DNA of 64,000 nt from Candidatus Heimdallarchaeota archaeon (lineage in GTDB: Archaea > Asgardarchaeota > Wukongarchaeia > Wukongarchaeales > JBHIFL01), in the NCBI GenBank assembly GCA_046761065.1, contig JBHIFL010000012.1:1-64000 (forward strand). The letters run 5' to 3'. A model generated the notes under the pieces. That model was not told the origin of the DNA and ran no database searches. It saw only the letters and a list, made by a program, of their open reading frames with translations. Shown in pieces: positions 11,701 to 17,088 of this stretch; within the stretch, counting starts at the first letter, position 1, and the number at the start of each line of letters is the position of its first letter. The position numbers were made by a program, and so were the translations under genes.

Positions 11701-12678
11701 CAACCAGTACTCCTTCTTCCGCCCACAGTTCACCAACAAGACGTGACCTCCTTCCCCCACCTCCTGCGCAATCCGTCCTAGCTCCAACGGGTCCCGAAAG
11801 TCTTTGCAGTCGACCACCACTACTTCTTCAACCTTTCCCACCGCCTCCCCAAACCTCCGCACCCGCCCCGCCTCATCCCTCCGAATCCATTTCGAATACA
11901 CGCAGAATCTCTTGCCCTCTCGCTCCAATCGCCTCCACACCCATGACAGCCTCATATCCATCCGCTTAATAGTTGCCATCCCCGTACCCCGCCGCCCTAC
12001 CATCTTGACCTCAAACCCCCGATCCTCCAACCACCACTGGAATAGTTCCGGATTCCCATGTCGGATCAAACATACCACTCGCGGACACCGCCGCCCAAGC
12101 TTGGCCAGCTCCATGATGCAATTGGCGTATAGCCGCCATTGTTGGCTCATTAGCCCTTCGAGAAACCCCACGAAAATCACCCGCTTCACTCCCAAGCCCC
12201 TTCTTCCTACCTTCACTAACCGGTTGTAAAACGCCTTTGCTCCAAATACTAACAGCTTCGTTCGTTCCTCCCCCTCTTTGTCTTTGTCCCCCGCCAGTTC
12301 TTCCTCCAAGACATCCTTCGGCCCCATCTCCTTAAGCTCAAATTCCGCTGGTTCTAGGTTCAGTTCAAGCACTTCTATAAGCCGCGCCTTGGCGTAGGCC
12401 GAACAGACGATCATATATGCCCTCCTTCTTCGCCGCCGCGTCCTTCCTCCTTCCCCTCGTGTTTTACCCCGCGGTCCCGGCCACCTTGCCCGCGCCCGCG
12501 CTCGTCGCTCCCTTATCTTGTCTTTTTCGGCATACATGGATAGGAGCCCTGTCAACGCCGCGTCTGACCTCTGCTGTTTTGGCGAACAGACCACCAAACA
12601 CCGGTGATCCTCCAACAGCTCCATCCCGAGCTCGTGCAGTTCCTGCCTTCCTAACCGCTCCAAACATTCAAGCAGCAT
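8770..12678 (-). CDS. cas1: giant Cas1 fusion protein: inactivated Ski2-like helicase / winged helix / HTH / Cys clusters / Cas1
   Basis: The C-terminal ~8900-9980 follows the Cas1 pattern: beta domain FVLITYECDAWIEGNELFVK...ARGIP, then MALEG, FGRR, LDAALN, FSH, LDLREP, EDF, YSPF. The N-terminus keeps a Hel308-like layout (GNPELFQWWL, ETF, CSPFG) without Walker motifs. Confidence 0.75.
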   Translation of the reverse strand: MLLECLERLGRQELHELGMELLEDHRCLVVCSPKQQRSDAALTGLLSMYAEKDKIRERRARARARWPGPRGKTRGEGGRTRRRRRRAYMIVCSAYAKARLIEVLELNLEPAEFELKEMGPKDVLEEELAGDKDKEGEERTKLLVFGAKAFYNRLVKVGRRGLGVKRVIFVGFLEGLMSQQWRLYANCIMELAKLGRRCPRVVCLIRHGNPELFQWWLEDRGFEVKMVGRRGTGMATIKRMDMRLSWVWRRLEREGKRFCVYSKWIRRDEAGRVRRFGEAVGKVEEVVVVDCKDFRDPLELGRIAQEVGEGGHVLLVNCGRKKEYWLKQGALGLPTCTKWYFEELHDYVLEFYRRARTKKEFRRGLKETFPGYYLQLIPQLARVYNTKRELQEQVESNYPILTELIREYRAAPYTEPWKYFVKGANAALRELRDARCIRRKKYRSKETGCVYKAGKLSCSPFGARLAAMPSSAKACLQVFEEHGGKRLTDKERAELVGRFVGSGGRAAGARLRDAKGRVRPKKVGSPGKMVRAGQKARRKPVLKEGVGRPKKGTRACREASAKRGIIEEPEPPKRRGVLLPGRVQFQKAVDKLIKGLNKRITAPVRGNPGQVEAQRRVWYQDLARELGIPERSVHYLLMKYFVPKRVRALVKQFGELPRGALLVLRAIHCQKVRVGPYAPLLVIVCRVKSGGLQERAGQDECCMGCNYRLEGEEGCVLEVEEVELLGLAIDPGGWPEAGCLVGGMGEGRRCGECGLYAAQDWGCAAFYKIAEERPSAVPTDRFMRRRAEQGRYVKNREACGWFVPRVEAATIPLTAFQEAVWVGEEGIRHGWRCLREVCEGILRERPEVGRVVVCEECGAKFKGRIDGTARMEVDFEEEIKRLVKIYCGYEPELPEWPTTGREFVLITYECDAWIEGNELFVKYPKHTATYEIENVYVTVHGRKELANELEARGIPHSYKDIKPPKYEQPSVGFWRALLKAKPWYEEFRRKYFWGLIINQVLATAVLCGRIGRAAERTERVEEQVVKILRFLKRGRFDRLAFMALEGRVSEGVHRLIREALSERWPGTGIVVGGIGRTFGRRGDRIYPTPTRAAGAKTMLDAALNRAGKVLTNLVRAHGGEVGIGYKSVELFSHRPKDRPELAAALDLREPLLPTLWEEICVGFLDGWLLPEDFERYQSTRGFPRYAPTPQGSVKLYQLVEDLLKQEVVWEGEKRRGLWELEAAHVQSIKGLIEAMAEQEPDQYSPFVILRKESAHEAAGVLERMRRILVEYAKEVAGVPKGIVGELGSVLGGVEAMLRRESK

Positions 12679-13003
12679 GTGATTACCTAATATATTTGGG
12701 AAATCGCTTTTTAAGGTTCAACAGTGTTTTAGAAAATCTTACCATATGTTTTTCACTGTAGAAATATTCCTTGTTAGTCTTTGAAAATACAAAATCCCCC
12801 ATGAGTATCCTCCTTCCATGGAAAAAAGTAAATTGTTGCTATCTACATTTGATATGGCCTGTATTATTCTGGCAATTCTCCAGACACCTACCCTGATTTG
12901 GTTCAATGGGGTTACAGAGTCAATGTTAACACTTTCACCCAGAATGGATCTCTTTTTACTCACCCTTGGGTGGTTTTTATATTACCAAGCCTACAACCCT
13001 CTG

Positions 13004-13444
13004 ATGACTCCCTCCTATCAAACTCCTCAAGAGGCCGCAGTTGCCCGACTCTTGGATTCTTTACCCCTCCGCTACCGCTACCGATGGGTTCTCCGTAATA
13101 GGCCGTACGCAAATTACGTGTTCGATTTCTTTATTCAGGGCGGCCTCATCCTCGAGTGCAGCGCCACTAAAAATGCCTCCTCAAAGGCAGTTAATTGGCT
13201 CTATCAGAAAGCCGGTCTTGTTAATCGCCGCTTCTGGGTGGTGAAACGCCGCTTTAACCCCCCTCCCATTACTGTTTTCCTTTTTGAAGCGCCCCGCGCC
13301 CACCCAAACCGTATTCACAACGCCATCCAAACCATGACCAATTTCGGCGAGCTGGCGTCAACAGACCGAATCTTTGTCCACTTCTCTGAATTAGAGACTT
13401 TCCTTACAAAATGGAGCTCACGGGAAGATATCAACCCCATTTGA
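13004..13444 (+). CDS. PD-(D/E)xK / DUF559-like nuclease, paralog 1
   Basis: TPQE...YVFDFFIQGGLILEC. ATG 13004 lies ~25 nt after a TTTTTATAT TATA-like box, so it is preferred over the ORF-track start at 12818. Confidence 0.6.
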   Translation: MTPSYQTPQEAAVARLLDSLPLRYRYRWVLRNRPYANYVFDFFIQGGLILECSATKNASSKAVNWLYQKAGLVNRRFWVVKRRFNPPPITVFLFEAPRAHPNRIHNAIQTMTNFGELASTDRIFVHFSELETFLTKWSSREDINPI

Positions 13445-13731
13445 AACTGTAGCATGAGATAAAGCTCGCTTGTAATCGCATCATCGTGTTTATCCCAAAT
13501 TTCTTCTCCTTTCTTCTTTTTTCCTTCAAATATACTTGATCCCTTCTCTTGTAGCTTTGTTGGCGTTTCCTTCTTCTAGTCCTTCACTTGGATAATAAGC
13601 CCAAAATGCCCTTCTAGATCAAAATAGAACTTGCTAGAAGGCTTCAAAGACTTATATATATCTATGGAACTAGTATGATGTGATACCATAGGAATCCATT
13701 GGAATCCTCCTTGAAAACAAAGGTGTGGTGC

Positions 13732-14376
13732 ATGCAAACTAAGAAATTATCCAATGACGACTCGGTAAAAGCGGAAAAGGGGATCTTACGTCACACAATT
13801 CTACACCAACCCTCCACCGCTCAAGAATGGACGATTGTCCAACTCTTGCAGGAGCTAGACCTGAAATTCATGCATCCTTGGTTTGTTTATATCCAAAATC
13901 GCCGCTATCTCTTCGATTTTCTCATCGTGCCAGATGTGGCTGATTTCTCGTCCACTGACATCACGGTGCGAGTCCGTGAATCTGACTTGGAAACGACCGG
14001 GCCTGGATGTGATCAGAAGCGGTTGACAAGATTCCGGGATGACCTCCACTCAGATACTACACCTTATAAGGTGGAAAATGCTTATGTTATCGAGTGCGGC
14101 GTTTCGCAAAGTTGTCCCTCCAAGGCACGGGCCTGGCTCCGTTCTAAGGCTGCCCTCATTGACCTACGATTTCGCGCTCTCAAACTCTTCTTTCACTCAT
14201 CTCCTTTCACCTTGATGCTGCTCGAAGGCCCATATTTCTCTCAAAACGACTTTAATTCGAACCTAGAACCTCTATACTTTACTGATAAGCTGGTAACTTC
14301 CATAGATCAGCTGCAAGATTTCCTAAGAGGATTGAAGGCACGGTTGAGAGGATCTTCTCAGACGGGAGGTGTCTGA
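13732..14376 (+). CDS. PD-(D/E)xK / DUF559-like nuclease, paralog 2, with ~49-aa in-frame insertion
   Basis: TAQE...YLFDFLI...YVIEC...SKARAWLRSKA aligns with paralog 1 (SKAVNWLYQKA). ATG 13732 follows AGGTG. Confidence 0.6.
   Translation: MQTKKLSNDDSVKAEKGILRHTILHQPSTAQEWTIVQLLQELDLKFMHPWFVYIQNRRYLFDFLIVPDVADFSSTDITVRVRESDLETTGPGCDQKRLTRFRDDLHSDTTPYKVENAYVIECGVSQSCPSKARAWLRSKAALIDLRFRALKLFFHSSPFTLMLLEGPYFSQNDFNSNLEPLYFTDKLVTSIDQLQDFLRGLKARLRGSSQTGGV
13941..14084 (+). repeat. structured ~140-nt repeat, copy A (inside nuclease gene)
   Basis: Core 13990-14028 matches 16147-16185 at 37/39 positions; the flanking hairpins are conserved in position. Confidence 0.85.
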
Positions 14377-14378
14377 AT

Positions 14379-15227
14379 TTGGGGAAGGAAGATGTTCAAT
14401 GCATAAAAAAAATAAAAAAAGTAGTTTCCGTGGTTGCTTGGACACCCATTGCTAAGCCTTTGAACGGAACGCTCCCACGCTCGAAGAACTCCACAATGCT
14501 ACGACTGGCTCCAGTGGAGTACACCTACAAGCATGGAAAAGAAGTCAAGTCCGGTCGGGTGGAGACCTATCTTATCAAAGGGCTGCGCGGCGCTCTGCGG
14601 CACTCAGCTATGAGCCTCTTACGGGAGGCTGGCCTGGAAGTATGCCATTCTAGTGATAAAGAGGCAACCCAAGAAGGTAAAGCCCTGATCCCCGAGGGGT
14701 TTCACCCATTGGGTGCATGCGAGAAGGACCCCTGCATCCTGAATCGTATTTTTGGATGGATGCGCCATCAATCCCGGATTGCTGTGTATGCTGATCCCAT
14801 CGGGTGTCCGAAACACAAGACCTTTGCTGCAGATGTCCCCCTCCAACCCGTCCAAATCGCCACCGAGAACCGGGTCGCTCTGACCTTTGACCACGAAGCA
14901 ATTCAGGATTTTGGTGAACGTTATTTCTCCGGAGAATTCCGGTTTCACATCGATGTCTCCGCTTTGGAGCCGGAGGAACTTGGGCTAGTCATTCAATCTG
15001 CTATGACCCTCCACCGCCTTGGTCGGGGCTTTAATGCTGGCTATGGCCATATTAAGATCCAACAACTTACCCTTGAACAAGTGACAACTGAGCGCCGACT
15101 CCAGTGGGATGGAAATGGAAGCTTTCGTGTCGAAGAAACGGAAAGTCGTGAACCACTCCACCAAGAAGTCTTAGACGCGTTGCAAGCTTTTCAACTGTAC
15201 CTTAACGCACAAACTGGGGAGTCTTAA
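14379..15227 (+). CDS. cas7: Cas7-family RAMP (Csm3/Csf2-like)
   Basis: KGLRGALRH, Cys-rich C...CEKDPCILNRIFG, thumb TENRVAL, ELGLVI and G-rich loop LGRGFNAGYGHIKI. TTG start after GGAGGTG. Confidence 0.85.
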   Translation: MGKEDVQCIKKIKKVVSVVAWTPIAKPLNGTLPRSKNSTMLRLAPVEYTYKHGKEVKSGRVETYLIKGLRGALRHSAMSLLREAGLEVCHSSDKEATQEGKALIPEGFHPLGACEKDPCILNRIFGWMRHQSRIAVYADPIGCPKHKTFAADVPLQPVQIATENRVALTFDHEAIQDFGERYFSGEFRFHIDVSALEPEELGLVIQSAMTLHRLGRGFNAGYGHIKIQQLTLEQVTTERRLQWDGNGSFRVEETESREPLHQEVLDALQAFQLYLNAQTGES

Positions 15228-16136
15228 ATGTATTGTGTGTTAATTGGACATACATCAACTCCTATTGTCAAACCCAAGGCGGAATTTTGTTGGAAGGGGA
15301 CCCTTGTCCGAATTAGTCACACCCTCATCTCCACCCCTGACCATCTCTCCACCATTTACACTCGACCTCCCTTGCGCCGCTATTATGGGAAACTCACCGT
15401 GGGGAAACCTTCCTTCCTGTACGTCTATAGGTGTTACTATGGATATGTCTACGTGATCTTTCCTGTCCGAACACCAAGAGCAGGCGCTCGGAAACTGAAA
15501 TACCTCCTCCAGCATGATCAAATGGGGCGTTTTGCTCAGGAAGGCATGGGCCGCGTCCGATGGCTCGGCGGCTTCTTTACTGCTACACTCCCCCCCAAAC
15601 CACCTCGACCCCCCAAACTTCGAATCAGAAAAGGCATGCCCCCAGATCTGCCTGAGTCCATCAAAAAACTCCTCACACTCGCGATTCTCCATGATCTCGT
15701 TCATTGTAACCGGCACCAAAGCAAACTGATGTCTGAAGTCCAGATCCAAGATGAAGAGCTCCGTCGGCTTGCCAAATCTCATCACGCCCTCACAATGAAT
15801 CCACTTTTACTTACCTTGCAAAAATATGATCGAATAGCGGCTAGAATTACCCGTAAGCATTGGTCTCCCATTAAAACCCGTTACTCGTGGCGGGCGAATA
15901 AAAAAGTCGATGTTCAGCATTTAGTACGACAAATTGAGGCGCATCAAGACAATATCTTAACTCTGTATAAAATCATAAAGGCTTCCAAGGAGTTGGATCT
16001 GCTGAATGAGAGTTTAGAGTATGGCCACAGTTCCCTCCGCCAACATCTTCTCATTATCGCTAATTTAATCGTGACAGATTGGTTGAAGGAGCGTTTAACT
16101 CTTTCATCAGCTGGAATTACGGTTGAAACGCCGTGA
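15228..16136 (+). CDS. Cas5-like RAMP fused to circularly permuted HD nuclease
   Basis: G-rich loop MGRFAQEGMGRVRW, a Pro-rich linker, then LHD...HH...YD and a C-terminal SLRQHLL. ATG directly follows the cas7 stop. Confidence 0.7.
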   Translation: MYCVLIGHTSTPIVKPKAEFCWKGTLVRISHTLISTPDHLSTIYTRPPLRRYYGKLTVGKPSFLYVYRCYYGYVYVIFPVRTPRAGARKLKYLLQHDQMGRFAQEGMGRVRWLGGFFTATLPPKPPRPPKLRIRKGMPPDLPESIKKLLTLAILHDLVHCNRHQSKLMSEVQIQDEELRRLAKSHHALTMNPLLLTLQKYDRIAARITRKHWSPIKTRYSWRANKKVDVQHLVRQIEAHQDNILTLYKIIKASKELDLLNESLEYGHSSLRQHLLIIANLIVTDWLKERLTLSSAGITVETP

Positions 16137-16240
16137 ATTCGACGGAGAAACGACCGGCCCTGGATGTGATCAGAAGTGGTTGACAGGGTTTCAGGAAGGA
16201 CATCCCCGCGAATACAGCCGTGTAAGCGGTTGAAAACTTA
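16098..16240 (+). repeat. structured ~140-nt repeat, copy B (3' end of cas5-HD and intergenic)
   Basis: Direct repeat of 13941-14084 at an offset of 2157 bp; three hairpins, two with GNRA-like loop sequences. Confidence 0.85.
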
Positions 16241-16639
16241 TTAAGAGTAATATAGGTCATGCATTCCCGAAACATGGCCAAACCATGTCTTTTTTTCCAG
16301 TTCTTCAGCGAGGACTGTCTCCCATCGGTCTTTATAGGTGTGTTTTAAGTGCGCAAGCCGCGAAATCTCATCGAGGATGATTTCGAGGAGGTTGGGCAGT
16401 AACATGTACTCCTCTTCGTCTAGCTCCTCACTCTTGAGGAACTCATCGATGGCGAGCCCAACGAGCACCTGCGGGTCGGAGTAGTCGGTCTGGCGAAGGA
16501 TTTCGTAGCTATAGAAGGCGATTTGGGACATGAGATGCCCATAAGGGTATAACTCTTCAAAAAACCCGACATAATTCCCAATAAGGTCTTCAATCCATTT
16601 ATTGCGGGGGTATCCCTTCGGAGGCATTTTGTCTTTCAA
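16241..16639 (-). CDS. acidic helical hypothetical protein
   Basis: 132-aa ORF with protein-like composition, convergent with cas5-HD; no motif recognised. Confidence 0.6.
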   Translation of the reverse strand: MKDKMPPKGYPRNKWIEDLIGNYVGFFEELYPYGHLMSQIAFYSYEILRQTDYSDPQVLVGLAIDEFLKSEELDEEEYMLLPNLLEIILDEISRLAHLKHTYKDRWETVLAEELEKKTWFGHVSGMHDLYYS

Positions 16640-17088
16640 TCCAGTTACCCCGGTCCGGTCTTAACTTGGGAATATAACCGAGGGAGTGTTCCTAATTGTT
16701 CAATACTTAATAACCAACAGATTCCCCTGTCGCTAGTAGCGCAGTATTCCTTTCTTAAATATGTTTTTGTTCATTACATCAGACTCCACGAAGATCTAAT
16801 TCCAGATAAGTTGATGAGAGTCTAGAGGGACCCTCCTCCAAGGAACGCCCGACGAAGAGGAGGTTTAAAGGTGTAATCCCAGAAAGTAAGGTGTCATCCA
16901 GCTCTCCTATAATGGATAGGAATGGGTTAGATTTAGATCAATCCATCTATATCAATATAGCAGCGATTGAAAAGTCCAGTGCCGTTTTCCAAGAGTTTAA
17001 GGATTGCAACTAAATGACATGGGAATGCAAGAGAAACCCGAGATTGTGGAGACAGGATGCAACTTAGTAAGACGTTAGAGGTACAGGA

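Larger units (their letters stand above)
5745..16809. mobile_element. candidate Cas1-encoding island (array-less Asgard-type CRISPR-Cas derivative)
   Basis: Higher GC and a C-rich + strand relative to the flanks. Contains cas1-like, cas7-like and cas5-HD genes, nucleases and a helicase. Bracketed by the 13-bp IR TTATCTGGAATTA (5745-5757) / TAATTCCAGATAA (16797-16809). The boundaries are tentative. Confidence 0.5.

Noticed and set aside
6555-12761. Many + strand ORFs opposite the helicase and Cas1 genes
   Set aside because: They are Pro/Ser/Thr-rich shadow ORFs produced by the C-rich strand, with no motifs.
14399-14420. Phase-variable poly-A at the cas7 start
   Set aside because: The in-frame TTG at 14379 has a strong GGAGGTG RBS, so no slippage is needed.
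16098-16240. Repeat as group II intron domain V, hammerhead or RNase P fragment
   Set aside because: There are short look-alike words (AGCCGTGT, CTGATGA on the minus strand, AGAAACGA), but the required partner strands or cores are missing or not shared by copy A.
5745-16809. Canonical casposon
   Set aside because: There is no family B DNA polymerase gene, the TIR candidate is short and no target-site duplication is visible.
5590-17088. CRISPR array in or beside the cas-like genes
   Set aside because: I found no regularly spaced repeats in any intergenic region. GGTTGA recurs at 16081, 16121, 16178 and 16228 and recalls CRISPR repeat ends, but the spacing is irregular and the shared part is only 6 nt.
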